Assembly: GCA_964016885.1 (NCBI GenBank)
Contig: OZ024763.1
Coordinates: 14,446,001 to 14,510,000 of the forward strand
Length of the DNA: 64,000 bases
Direction of reading: 5' to 3'
Origin: Eledone cirrhosa
Lineage: Eukaryota
The notes beneath the pieces are model-generated. The model made no database searches, had not been told where the DNA came from, and worked only from the letters and a program-made list of their open reading frames with translations. Shown piece by piece: positions 1-12,614 of the stretch. Positions within the stretch are counted from its first letter, which is position 1; every line of letters starts with the position of its first letter. The translations under genes and the position numbers were made by a program.

Positions 1-831
1 AGGGCTACCTCCCTACTCACCACCATAGGCACAGACCTGGCTACCTGTAGCAGTGGAGACTTCTGGTGTCCTCGGCCCCAGGGCTACCTCCCTACTCACC
101 ACCACAGGCGGTGAGCTGGCTACCTGTAGCAGTGGAGACTTCAGGTGTCCTCGGCCCTAGGGCTACCTCCCTACTCGCCACCACAAGCGGTGAGCTGGCT
201 ACCTGTAGCAGTGGAGACTTCTGGTGTCCTCGGCCCCAGGGCTACCTCCCTACTCACCACCACAGGCGGTGAGCTGGCTACCTGTAGCAGTGGAGACTTC
301 TGGTGTCCTCGGCCCCAGGGCTACCTCCCTACTCACCACCACAGGCGGTGAGCTGGCTACCTGTAGCAGTGGAGACTTCTGGTGTCCTCGGCCCCAGGGC
401 TACCTCCCTACTCACCACCACAGGCGGTGAGCTGGCTACCTGTAGCAGTGGAGACTTCTGGTGTCCTCGGCCCCAGGGATACCTCCCTACTCGCCACCAC
501 AGACGCTGAGCTGGCTACCTGTAGCAGTGGAGACTTCTGGTGTCCTCGGCCCTAGGGCTACCTCCCTACTCACCACCACAGGCGCTGAGCTGGCTACCTG
601 TAGCAGTGGAGACTTCTGGTGTCCTCGGCCCCAGGGCTACCTCCCTACTCGCCACCACAGGCGCTGAGCTGGCTACCTGTAGCAGTGGAGACTTCTGGTG
701 TCCTCGGCCCCAGGGCTACCTCCCTACTCGCCACCACAGACGCTGAGCTGGCTACCTGTAGCAGTGGAGACTTCTGGTGTCCTTGACCCTAGGGCTACTT
801 CCCTACTCACCACCACAGACGCTGAGCTGGC
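1..831 (+). repeat. 79-bp tandem array (~10.5 copies, probably extends left of the window) derived from CRE-type retrotransposon coding sequence
   Basis: The unit agggctacctccctactcaccaccacaggcggtgagctggctacctgtagcagtggagacttctggtgtcctcggcccc recurs at 1, 80, 159 ... 791. It translates to LPVAVETSGVLGPRATSLL. Confidence 0.95.
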
Positions 832-935
832 CAGCCGCAGGTGTGAGCCTCGCGAGTTGGACTGGCTTTTCCAGCGCGTCTCCCTTGCCGTCCCCCGGGG
901 AAACGCCTTCTCCATTCTGTCCGCCGGGGCTGTGG
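750..935 (+). mobile_element. 3' end of a CRE-clade non-LTR retrotransposon (restriction-like endonuclease C-terminus), fragment
   Basis: The translation PVAVETSGVLDPRATSLL...LASRRCEPRELDWLFQRVSLAVPRGNAFSIL matches the CRE C-terminal pattern P.A.ET.G..G...EPRE..L.QR.S.A..RGNA..IL. Confidence 0.75.
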
Positions 936-979
936 GTGGCCACCAATATGATGGACTGACTTGTCATTTTATCAGTCAA

Positions 980-1525
980 CTGTTGGTGTTGTTGGTGTTG
1001 TTGTTATTGTTGATGTTGTTGGTGTTGTTGTTTGTGTTGTAGTAGTGTTGTAACTGTTGCTGTTGGTGGTGTTACTGTTGTTACTGTTGATGTTGTTGTT
1101 GTAGTGTTGTTGCTGTTGTTGTTGTAGTGTTGTTGCTGTTGTTGTTGTTATTGCTGTTGTTGTTGTTATTGATGTTGTTGTTGTTGTTGTTGCTGCTGTT
1201 GTTATTGTTGATGTGGTTGGTGTTGGTGTTGTTGTTTGTGTTGTAGTAGTGTTGTAACTGTTGGTGTTGGTGGTGTTACTGTTGTTACTGCTGATGTTGT
1301 TGTAGTGTTGTTGCTGTTGTTGTTGTTGTAGTGTTGTTGTTGTTATTGCTGTTGTTGTTGTTATTGATGTTGTTGTTGTTGGTGTTGTTGTTTGGGTTGT
1401 AGTTGTTGTTGTTGTAGTGTTGTTACTGTTGATGTTGGTGGTGTTACTGTTGTTACTGTTGATGTTGTTGTTGTAGTGTTGTTGTTGTTAGTGTTTTGCT
1501 GTTGTTGTTGTTGTTGTTGTTAGTG
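980..1525. repeat. degenerate (GTT)n microsatellite
   Basis: Direct inspection. Confidence 0.95.
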
Positions 1526-1599
1526 ATGTACAGAAATATGAATGCCGTAATTATTGTAGGGCCTTCATAATCCACTAAGTAGTTTCCCCCCCTCTCTAA

Positions 1600-2591
1600 T
1601 ACACACACTCACACACAGGCGTACACATACATACACACACACAGGCGTACACATACATACACACACAGGCGTACACATACATACACACACAGGCGTACAC
1701 ATACATACACACACAGGCGTACACACACACACATATATATACACACACACAGGCGTACACATACATACATTTACATACACAGGCGTACACATACACACAT
1801 ATATACACACACATAGGCGTACACATACATACACACACACAGGCGTACACATACATACACACACACAGGCGTACACATACATACACACACACACACACAG
1901 GCGTACACATACACACATATATACACACACACACAGGCGTACACATACACACATATATACAGACACACACAGGCGTACACATACACAGGCGTACACATAC
2001 ACACATATATACACACACACAGGCGTACACATACACACATATATACACACACACAGGCGTACACATACATACATTTACATACACAGGCGTACACATACAC
2101 ACATACAGGCGTACATACACACACACACACATACACACAGCCGTACACATACACACATACACACACACAGGCGTACACATACACACACATACACACAGCC
2201 GTACACATACACACATACACACACACAGGCGTAGACACACACACATAGACACACAAACATACTCAAAGAGACAGATATACACTCATACAGATACACACAG
2301 ATACACATCAAGGAGACAGATTTACAAACGCACACACACACACACATGTACATAGACACACACACATGTACAAAGACACACAAAAACACACACACAGACA
2401 CACAAAAACTCACACACACACACACCGACAGACATACAGACACACGCAGATACACAGACACACAAACACCCACACACAGACACACGCAGACACACAAAAA
2501 CACACACATACACACACACACACACGGACACATACATACACACATAGACATACACACACACGTACACACACACACACGTACACACGTACAT

Positions 2592-2658
<67 letters not shown>

Positions 2659-2700
2659 CACGGACACACACGGACACGGACACACTGTGTCATATACATA
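1600..2700. repeat. (CA)-rich compound micro/minisatellite with caggcgtacacata core
   Basis: Direct inspection. Confidence 0.9.
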
Positions 2701-2931
2701 CATAGCTAGTACTGTGTTCATCTTCGGGTCAAGGACCTAACAGAGATCGTGTTTCAAAGAAAATTAATTCTCAGGCGATGTGATAATAACGAAAATAATG
2801 GGGTTAACTGTAAAATCACTGAGAACGAGAAAGATAGAAAAACATGGCGACCTAACAGTGTGACTATTGGATGAACACTCTGTCAGTGTAACGGGCCGAG
2901 AAAATATATTATATTGGCGGTATCTGTAGAG

Positions 2932-3251
2932 CAGGCGTTCTCAACCTTTTTTTCGCTGTGGACCAACAAAATATGTAATTTTTTTCCTGTGGACCACCTA
3001 AACTTTTAAATCTTTTGTAATAGAACTGCTACTTATAAGCATCAGTAGATGTTTTTTTTTCAATGAATTAGAAAATGCTATTATCATGTCGCAGTGCCTA
3101 AAAATCTACGCAAATAAACAGCTGAAGTCGTACTTATGCGAACTATAAGAACAGCGCTTTAAGTCAAGTGCATGGATCAAAAAAGAATTTGCTATTGAAA
3201 ATTTTCTATGGACCACCGGAATTTTCCTGTGGACCAGGTTTAGAACCCCTG
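2932..3251. mobile_element. hAT-type MITE (320 bp) inserted in a SINE head
   Basis: TIRs caggcgttctcaacc / ggtttagaacccctg; 8-bp TSD ctgtagag at 2924-2931 and 3252-3259. Confidence 0.9.
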
Positions 3252-3390
3252 CTGTAGAGCGTTGGATACCCAGCTTTTTAAAGCGTCAGGCGGGATACTT
3301 TATTTAGTATCTGATGTGTCTATGTGTCTTTCTGCGTTCAAATCCCGTCTCCTTCTGCCAGAGGTTGTAACTGATACACGGTGTCGGCAA

Positions 3391-3612
3391 GAGCCGTGGA
3401 TTGACAGTATCGGTAAAGCATCGGACGCCATGCTTTGTAGCAGAGAGTTACGGTCCTTTACGGTCTGTGTTCAAATCCCGCCGAGGTTAGCTTTGCCTTT
3501 CATCCTTACGGGGGTCGATAAAATAAAGTACCAGTAATGCACTAGGGTTGATTTAATCGACTTTTCCCTCCCTCAAAATTCGTGGCCTTGTGACTATATC
3601 AGAAAATATTAT
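3391..3612 (+). mobile_element. tRNA-derived SINE, family 1 (Nin-like central domain)
   Basis: A-box-like cagtatcggtaaagc, B-box gttcaaatccc, and the core gcctttcatccttacggggtcgataaaataaagtaccag shared with many copies in the window. Confidence 0.85.
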
Positions 3613-3616
3613 TATT

Positions 3617-3830
3617 GTGGAATGGCTGTATCGGTAGAGCGAGGACACCCTGCTTCGCGGCATAGAGTTATGTCCCTTTATATTCTGAGTTCAAATCCCG
3701 CCGAGGTTAACTTTGCCTTTCATCCTTACGGTGTCGATAAAATAAAGTACCAGTAATACACTGGGGTCTGATTTAATCGACTTTCCCTCCCTCCAAATTG
3801 CTTGCCTTGTCCCTAAAGTAGAAACAATTA
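3617..3830 (+). mobile_element. SINE family 1 copy
   Basis: Same head and core; tail ccttgtccctaaagtagaaacaatta. Confidence 0.85.
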
Positions 3831-3899
3831 TGGCAATATCGGTAGAGCGTTGGACACCCTGCTTCGCGGCACAGATTTACGGCCCTTTATGTTCTGAGT

Positions 3900-4128
3900 A
3901 GTGAAGGCGTGTGGCTGATTGGTTAGAGAACTGGATTCGCAATCGTGAGGTTGTGAGTTCGATTCCCGGACCGGTCGATGCGTTATGTCCTTGAGCAAGA
4001 CACTTTATTTCACGTTGCTCCTTCTACCTGGAGTTGCGACCCATAGATAGTACTAGCAATTGGAAAGACCAATGGAAACATTGTTTCCTCGGTCCGACTT
4101 GACGAAAGTCGATCGACAAATTTATAAA
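3900..4128 (+). mobile_element. tRNA-derived SINE family 2, nested in the B-box of a family 1 SINE (3831-4169)
   Basis: Head tggctgattggttagag...gagttcgattccc and core tgtccttgagcaagacacttt; 12-bp TSD tatgttctgagt at 3888-3899 and 4129-4140. Confidence 0.85.
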
Positions 4129-4166
4129 TATGTTCTGAGTTCAAACCCCCGCCGAGGTTAGCTTTG

Positions 4167-4215
<49 letters not shown>

Positions 4216-4612
4216 CGCTCTCGCTCGCTCTCTCTCTCTCTCGCTCTCTCTCACTCTCTCTCTCTCGCTCTCTCTCTCTCGCTCTCTCTCTCGCTCTCCT
4301 TCCTTCTGTCACACTCTGGATGCTCCACTGGATAAATTGAGGGTGGGTCTTGAGCGTGTCTCTGTTTGTTCTCTCTTTCTCTATTCCCTCTCCCTCCCTT
4401 TCTCTCTCCCCCTTTCTCTACTTTTCCCTGGAAGAAATCAGCCGTGTTCAAACCCGGAAAGAAATGGTCTCCACCAAGTTATTAATACCCAAGACCCCTC
4501 CCCCTCCCCTCTATGTCAAGATGGTGACCACACGCCTCCATTAAGAATTCAGGACTCAATGATGAATTTATCACGAGTAAAAATAGACAGCAAAATTTCT
4601 CTGTTGCTAATA

Positions 4613-4945
4613 TTGCCCCAGCATGGCCACAATCTAGTGACTGAAACCAGTAAAAGAATATAAGAATGTGGTGCTCCAGCATGGCCACAGTCTAGTGACT
4701 GAAACCAGTAAAAGAATATAAGAATTTAGTGCCCTAGCATGGCCACAGTCTAGTGACTGAAGCCAGTAAAAGAATATAAGAATGTGGTGCCCCAGCATGG
4801 CCAGAGTCTAGTGACTGAAACCAGTGAAATAATGTAAGAATGTGGTGCCTCAGCATGGCCACAGTCTAGTGATTGAGATCAATAAAACAATGTAAGAATG
4901 TGGTGCTCCAGAATGGCCACGGTCACGTGACTGAAACCAGTGAAA
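4613..4945 (+). repeat. 58-bp tandem array (6 copies) of a SINE/LINE-type 3' end
   Basis: cagcatggcc (or a variant) recurs at 4619, 4677, 4735, 4793, 4851 and 4909. A single dispersed relative lies at 54020-54078. Confidence 0.85.
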
Positions 4946-5023
4946 TTGTTCAGGGAAGCAGCGAATATGTAACTTGAGAAACCAAGTAATAAATATTAAT
5001 ATAACAATATGAATATATAATTA

Positions 5024-5025
<2 letters not shown>

Positions 5026-5074
<49 letters not shown>

Positions 5075-5709
5075 CTGTCTCTCTCTCCTCTCTTCCTCCC
5101 CCTCTCTCTGACTCTGTGTGTCTCTCTCTCCCCCTCTCTTCCTCCCCCTCTCTGTGTCTCTGTGTGTGCCTCTCTCCCTCTCTTCCTTCAACCTCTCTCT
5201 CTCTCTCTCTCCCTCCAACCTCTCTCTGATTCTGTGTGTGCCTCTGTGTGTCTCTCTCTCCTCTCTCTCACTCTCCCCCTCTCTCTTTCTCATCTCACTC
5301 TCTCTCTCTCCTCTCTCTCTGCCCCCCCCCCTCTCTCTACTTCTGTCAATTGTCAAGCGATATGAAAAACGATTATTAGCGAGATTATATCTGTCCCTTA
5401 ATTAAAGGGACAGATATAGAAACATATCCGAGATTTGCAGGGCGAGACTAAAGACGTGAGCTGGTGATGTTGGAAACTGTCGAATGGTTTGTCTACAACT
5501 CCCCACCCCATACACTTTCCCCTAGCTCCCTACACTTGTCATACTCCTCCCCCTTCAACCTCACCTCCGCCGCCTCCTTCTCTGAGACAGACGGGCGCGT
5601 GTCAATGGTATCTTTAGATCTAAAAGGTCATGTGACATCTCAATGTTGGGTTTTTTTTTTTTTTTTTTCTGTCCTTGTCCGGTGTCCAGAATGTTAAGTT
5701 GAAAGATTA

Positions 5710-5782
<73 letters not shown>

Positions 5783-5895
5783 CATAGGGAAAGAAGATAG
5801 GGGGAGAGAGAGACTGAGTGAGTGGGTGAAGGAGAGGGAGAGTGAGAGGAGAAAGAGAAAAGAAGAGAGAGAGAATAGAAACAGAGAAAGGGGAG

Positions 5896-5930
<35 letters not shown>

Positions 5931-6040
5931 TAGAGAAGAATAGAAAGAGAAGAGAGGAGAGAGAGAGAGAGAGAGAGAGAGAAAGGGGAGAGGGAGACAA
6001 AGAATAAAGAGTGAGAAAGAGAAAGAGATTGAGAGAATAA
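5026..6040. repeat. (CT)n and (GA)n low-complexity tracts
   Basis: CT-rich at 5026-5340 and GA-rich at 5712-6040. Confidence 0.9.
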
Positions 6041-6267
6041 ATATATGAATTAACGGAAGAGTCGAGGGTTGACCGATAACGGACAAAACACCGAACTACT
6101 GAGCACATACTGTCTATTTTGTATGCAGAGGGAGACCACGAGCAAGATGGTTGGATAACATCAAGGAGGTCGGCTGGTCTCACTGAGAGGATACAGTCAG
6201 GTCAAGTAGAAACGGTTGCTTTAGCTAGAAACCTCTGGAAATCGTGTCCGAGGACTGAAATTAACCT

Positions 6268-7560
6268 ACAAGTGGCTGAGTATTCCACAGGTAGTGTAAC
6301 TCTAACGTAGTTCTCAGGGAGATTCAGCATGGCAACGTATGTCTGTATGCGTGACAAGCCTGACTTTTTAAGTGGCTGAGCATTCCACAGATATGTGTAA
6401 TTGTAACGCAGTTCTCAGGGAGATTCAGCATAACAACGTATGTCTGTATGCGTGACAAGCCTGGCTTTTTAAGTAGCTGAACATCCCACAGATATGTGTA
6501 ATTGTAACGCAGTTCTCAGGGAGATTCAGCATAACAACGTATGTCTGTATGCGTGACAAGCCTGGCTTTTTAAGTAGCTGAGCATCCCACATATATGTGT
6601 AATTGTAACGCAGTTCTCAGGGAGATTCAGCATGACAACGTACGTCTGTATGCGTGACAAGCCTGGCTTTTTAAGTAGCTGAGCATCCCACATATATGTG
6701 TAATTGTAACGCAGTTCTCAGGGAGATTCAGCATGACAACGTACGTCTGTATGCGTGACAAGCCTGGCTTTTTAAGTGGCTGAGCATCCCACAGATATGT
6801 GTAATTGTAACGCAGTTCTCAGGGAGATTCAGCATGACAACGTACGTCTGTATGCGTGACCAGCCTGGCTTTTTAAGTAGCTGAGCATCCCACATATATG
6901 TGTAATTGTAACGCAGTTCTCAGGGAGATTCAGCATGACAACGTACGTCTGTATGCGTGACAAGCCTGGCTTTTTAAGTGGCTGAGCATCCCACAGATAT
7001 GTGTAATTGTAACGCAGTTCTCAGGGAGATTCAGCATGACAACGTACGTCTGTATGCGTGACAAGCCTGGCTTTTTAAGTAGCTGAGCATCCCACATATA
7101 TGTGTAATTGTAACGCAGTTCTCAGGGAGATTCAGCATGACAACGTACGTCTGTATGCGTGACAAGCCTGGCTTTTTAAGTAGCTGAGCATCCCACATAT
7201 ATGTGTAATTGTAACGCAGTTCTCAGGGAGATTCAGCATGACAACGTACGTCTGTATGCGTGACAAGCCTGGCTTTTTAAGTAGCTGAGCATCCCACATA
7301 TATGTGTAATTGTAACGCAGTTCTCAGGGAGATTCAGCATGACAACGTACGTCTGTATGCGTGACAAGCCTGGCTTTTTAAGTGGCTGAGCATCCCACAG
7401 ATATGTGTAATTGTAACGCAGTTCTCAGGGAGATTCAGCACGACAACGTATATATGTATGCGTGACAAGCTTGGCTTTTTAAGTCTAAGTGGCTGAGCAA
7501 TCTAAAGACATGTGTACCTATAACGTATAGTTCTCAGGGAGATCCAGTGTGACACACACT
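6268..7560 (-). repeat. 101-bp tandem array (13 copies) derived from a SINE-body segment
   Basis: cagggagat recurs at 6315, 6416 ... 7426, with a last copy at 7535. Dispersed single relatives lie at 10930-10970 and, reverse-complemented, at 22325-22375. Confidence 0.9.
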
Positions 7561-7834
7561 GTGATTGAAAGGACTAGCTTTGTTATATGCTAAGTGACTG
7601 GTCATTCTACAAGGATTGAGCCATAATGGAGAGGCGGGGGCGGTGGAAGCATTTCTGAATTGGGAAGGCGGGGAAGGGGCAAATTTGGTCAATTTAGTTA
7701 TAGTGATTAGTTGTATTCTAAAATGGTCAGAAAATACAATTTGAGTCCAAGTAGGTCATATTACATTTACAGCTTTCAATGATTATAAAGTGATTATAGC
7801 AAAATGACCTATGAAATCTGTCTCTGAATACAAA

Positions 7835-9495
7835 TACTAGCAATTGGTAATACACATACTAGCAATTGGTAATACACATACTAGCAATTGGTAATACACA
7901 TACTAACAATTGGTAATATACTTACTAGCAATTGGTAATACACATACTAGCAATTGGTAATATACTTACTAGCAATTGGTAATACACATACTAACAATTG
8001 GTAATATACTTACTAGCAATTGGTAATATACTTACTAGCAATTGGTAATACACATACTAGCAATTGGTAATATACTTACTAGCAATTGGCAATACACATA
8101 CTAACAATTGGTAATATACTACTAGCAATTGGTAATATACTTACTAGCAATTGGTAATACACATACTAGCAATTGGTAATATACTTACTAGCAATTGGTA
8201 ATACACATACTAACAATTGGTAATATACTTACTAGCAATTGGTAATAAATATACTAGCAATTGGTAATATACTTACTAGCAATTGGTAATACACATACTA
8301 GCAATTGGTAATAAACATACTAGCAATTGGTAATACAAATACTAGCAATTGGTAATATACTTACTAGCAATTGGTAATACACATACTAACAATTGGTAAT
8401 ACACATACTAGCAATTGGTAATATACTTACTAGCAATTGGTAATACACATACTAACAATTGGTAATATACTTACTAGCAATCAGTAATATACTTACTAGA
8501 AATTGGTAATATACTTACTAGCAATTGGTAATATACTTACTAGCAATTGGTAATACACATATTAGCAATTGGTAATACACATTAGCAATTGGTAATACAC
8601 ATACTAGCAATTGGTAATACACATATTAGCAATTGGTAATAAACATACTAGCAATTGGTAATACACATATTAGCAATTGGTAATGTACTTACTAGCAATT
8701 GGTAATACACTTACTAGCAATTGGTAATACACATATTAGCAATTGGTAATATACTTACTAGCAATTGGTAATATACATACTAGCAATTGGTAATACACAT
8801 ACTAGCAATTGGTAATACACGTACTAACAATTGGTAATACACATACTAACAATTGGTAATAAACATAGTAGCAATTGGTAATACACTTACTAGCAATTGG
8901 TAATACACGTACTAACAATTGGTAATACACATATTGGCAATTGGTAATATACATAGTAGCATTTGGTAATACACATACTAGCAATTGGTAATACACATAG
9001 TAGCAATTGATAATACACATACTGGCAATTGGCAATACATATAGTAGCAATTGGTAAGACACATACTAGCAATTGACAATACACATACTAGCAATTGGTA
9101 ATACACATACTAACAATTGGTAATACTCATAGTAGCAATCGGTAATACACATACTAGCAATCGGTAATACACATACTAGCAATTGGTAATACACATACTA
9201 GCAATTGGTAATACACATATTAGCAATTGGTAATACACATACTAGCAATTGGTAATATACTTACTAGCAATTGGTAATACACATATTAACAATTGGCAAT
9301 ACACATACTATATATTGGCAATACACTGAGTAGCAATTGGCAATACACATACTAGCAATTGGCAATACACATACTGGCAATTGGCAATACACATAGTAAC
9401 AATTGGCAATATACGTACTAGCAATTGGCAATACACGTACTAGTAATTGGCAATGCACAGTAGCAATTGGTAATACACATACTAGCAATTGGCAA
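7835..9495. repeat. 22-bp minisatellite tactagcaattggtaatacaca (~75 copies)
   Basis: Period 22 (7835, 7857 ...). A tatactt variant is frequent on the left and a ggcaat variant on the right. Confidence 0.95.
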
Positions 9496-9586
9496 ATAGT
9501 GATATGTGCAGAAAAGCTTATGACAAGTCAAAGATATTTGCTATAAAGGTTAAAATATACTAAACCACCCGACACCCGTTGGGTCA

Positions 9587-9735
9587 CATGTACTTAAAAT
9601 AATTTTTTAAAGAACATGTTCACTTAAAAATAATTTTTAAATAATTACAATATACATGTTCACTTAAAAATAATTTTTAAATAATTACAATATACATGTT
9701 CACTTAAAATAATTTTTAAATAATTACAATATACA
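9587..9735. repeat. 40-bp AT-rich tandem repeat (~3.5 copies)
   Basis: catgttcacttaaaa at 9615, 9655 and 9695. Confidence 0.85.
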
Positions 9736-9980
9736 CAGACATTTATATAATGTAAAATGAAATTGGGAGGCCTATATATATGTTTGTGTGTGTGTGTATA
9801 TATATATATGTCGGTGTCTGTGACCTATATACATTGGTCACAGGCACAGACTCATATATACACACACACACATATATATATATATACACATATATATATC
9901 GATATACACACACGCGTAGAAACCTTTCCTATTTAGCAGGAAATATTCGCTACCCTAACACAACCACTATCTCTTTCTTT

Positions 9981-10567
9981 CTACTGATTAATGTTCAGAG
10001 ACATCCAAAGGATTCTCGTGTAGCACCCATCCACCATCTGAGTGAGTTTCTTGGTCAGTGTCCAAGTCTCAGACCCGTACCGCAGCACAGACTCCACTAC
10101 AGCAACGAAGAGACGGATCTTCAGGTCTTTACGAAGGTCCAACTTCAGACACCGACCTGAAACTGTAACACACCGCCCAGGCTGTGCTCTTCCACTCAAT
10201 CAGATCATCCTCAGTGTTCCGAATCTTTTCTCCCAGATACAGTAAGTTCTCAACCAATTGTAGTGCAATATACATTACAACCAATTCCAGCGGCTTCCCG
10301 CCTACATTAGTGATCCCCAAAGTGACACAGAGGAGACTGAGGTTAGCTGGACATGCTCACCGACATCCAGAGTTGACATTGCACTCAGTACTCCTTTGGG
10401 AGCCCCTGCATGGACACACTAGAAGGGGAAGACCAAGGTTAACGAATGTTGATGCCCTAATGACAGACACTGGTCTGTTGGAGACGCAGGACATGGCAGC
10501 GATAATGAGGGACAGAGACCGCTGGAGAGAACTCGTCCATGGATCTCGGGAATTTTACCCGCCTTAG
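9981..10567 (+). mobile_element. RTE-like LINE 3' fragment with an inverted 5' segment
   Basis: The minus segment 9981-10317 encodes LKIRLFVAVVESVLRYGSETWTLTK and the plus segment 10318-10567 encodes RRLRLAGHAHRH...RGRPRLT...DRDRWR. Both are collinear in the copy at 46345-46942. Confidence 0.85.
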
Positions 10568-10631
10568 ATATGTGTATATATATATAGTGACGAAACATAA
10601 GTCAATTGCATGAACTCATAATCCTTTATTT

Positions 10632-10687
10632 ACTGCTATATATATTTCGATGATATCCATTGAATGGTTATGACCTCATCAGGCAGT
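10632..10687 (-). ncRNA. type I hammerhead ribozyme motif
   Basis: Minus strand reads actgc CTGATGA ggtcataaccattcaatggatatcatc GAAA tatata TA gcagt. Stem I is actgc/gcagt; stem II is imperfect. Confidence 0.65.
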
Positions 10688-11302
10688 TAGTCAGTTCTTA
10701 GATATGCCAGCTCTGTGTTTATGGTGTTGATGGTATCAGACCCTTGGGACATATGGCAGCAATAATGAGGGACAGAGACCGCTGGAGAGAACTCGTCCAT
10801 GGATCTCGGGAATTTTACCCGCCTTAGAGATACATTACAAATAGATGTGTGCTTTTGGTAGTTTGGGGAGAAAAATATAATTATTGAGGAGTGCGTATGG
10901 CCACCGTGTCCCCCCTCCCCCGGTTCCACCACCCCTGTAATGTAATTCTCAGGGAAATCCAGTGTGATAGGCACAGCGACGGTTACGGTCGTCAACCGAA
11001 CAATCTAACCACTAAGCCACGCGCCATCATTAAAACACGTGAATACCGCATTCAGCCAAACCAGTTGAAGATGAGCCAGTTTACACTGGTTTAGATCGCC
11101 GCCGCCAGACAAAACACTACAGCTGTCTTTGTGTTGCCCCTTCTCACCCCTCGGGGTTTATCTATAGTCTCAACGACCTTACCTCCTACTCCCTCTCCAC
11201 TCTCAACGACCCCTTCATTGACTGAGACAATCGTGTAAAACAAATACTCGGCTTATCAGGTAAACTGGAGGGCGTGATAACCTCGTTGAACACCACGTGC
11301 TG

Positions 11303-11365
<63 letters not shown>

Positions 11366-11500
11366 CAAATACACAAACATACACACACACATAGAAATAC
11401 ACACATACAAACACACACATAAATATATATACAAATACGCACACACATATATATATATATACAAATACACACACATACACGCACACATATATATAAAAAT

Positions 11501-11531
<31 letters not shown>

Positions 11532-11562
11532 CAAATACACACACACACATATTAACTTGTAT

Positions 11563-11594
<32 letters not shown>

Positions 11595-11959
11595 AATATA
11601 TATACAAATACACACACACACTTATAAATATATATATATATATGTCTGCCACACATATCGGATATTGTTTATCGTTAATTCGTGAGCTGTTTTTCCGATT
11701 CTCGATTATTCTACTATATATATATATATATATAATGTGTGACAAAAGAGCTTGGACAACCAACAACAAAACACATCCAGTTATCAAACTAACCACCAGG
11801 ATATTATAAAATAATAAATTGAAGTGAAACCCAACAGGTGCATGTGTTTTTATTGGCAGCATGACCCTCCCAAAGTATAACAGTATCTGTTTCTTCACAC
11901 GTTTTTAGATAAAAAAAAAATCTTGCAAAACAAATACAAACACACTCTCTGACGCGTAG

Positions 11960-12575
11960 AAATTGTACCAAGTTTACTTGGTGAGGAGGGTGATTTTGGA
12001 GGCCCTGCAGGACAATAAACAAAACCTGACAAAAGGCGGAAGAACCCATAAGAGTCAACGGCCATCCAAAAATGTGTAACTATGTATATGCACATGTATG
12101 CATGTCTATGTATATACGCGGGGTACATAGAAATAACCGGGCTGGACACCCGATCGCGCGGTTAAACCACTGGGAGTGAAGGACCCCTAGCCTTTGTCAG
12201 GGCATTCTTCTAGGAGAAGGCAACTCAAGAAACTGGGATAACTCCGACATAAAACCGACGGCTCAGTAGTTACCGATGATGTTGATCCTTTCTTCTTTTC
12301 GGGTTATAGCTACTGTCACTCAGAGAGTGGGATTGGCTCAGTGCACAGTCTTTCCTCACTTTAAAAACAAAATCTTCACGCACAGGCATTGCACGATAGA
12401 ATTAATTAATTGTTTCTACTTTTGGCACAAGGCCAGCAAATACCCAGTGTATTACTGGTACTTTATTTTATCGACCCCGTAAGGATGAAGGGCAAAGTTA
12501 ACCCCGGCGGGAATAATTATTAATAATGGTATAACGTGCAATGGCCATACTCGATAACGAGCCATCACGTATATA
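11960..12575 (+). mobile_element. diverged RTE head+tail element with a minus-strand SINE insertion (12405-12515)
   Basis: Matches the 5' part of the 36721-37316 element and ends in tggccatactcgataacgag, like the family tail. Confidence 0.6.
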
Positions 12576-12614
12576 TGCGTATTATGTATGTATGTATGTA
12601 TCCATGTATGTATG

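Noticed and set aside
3900-3975. tRNA gene (also 15685, 36185, 60000)
   Set aside because: The A/B boxes continue into SINE cores and I cannot fold a complete cloverleaf.
1-9495. Regular arrays as CRISPR
   Set aside because: The units are contiguous with no unique spacers, there are no cas genes, and the context is eukaryotic.
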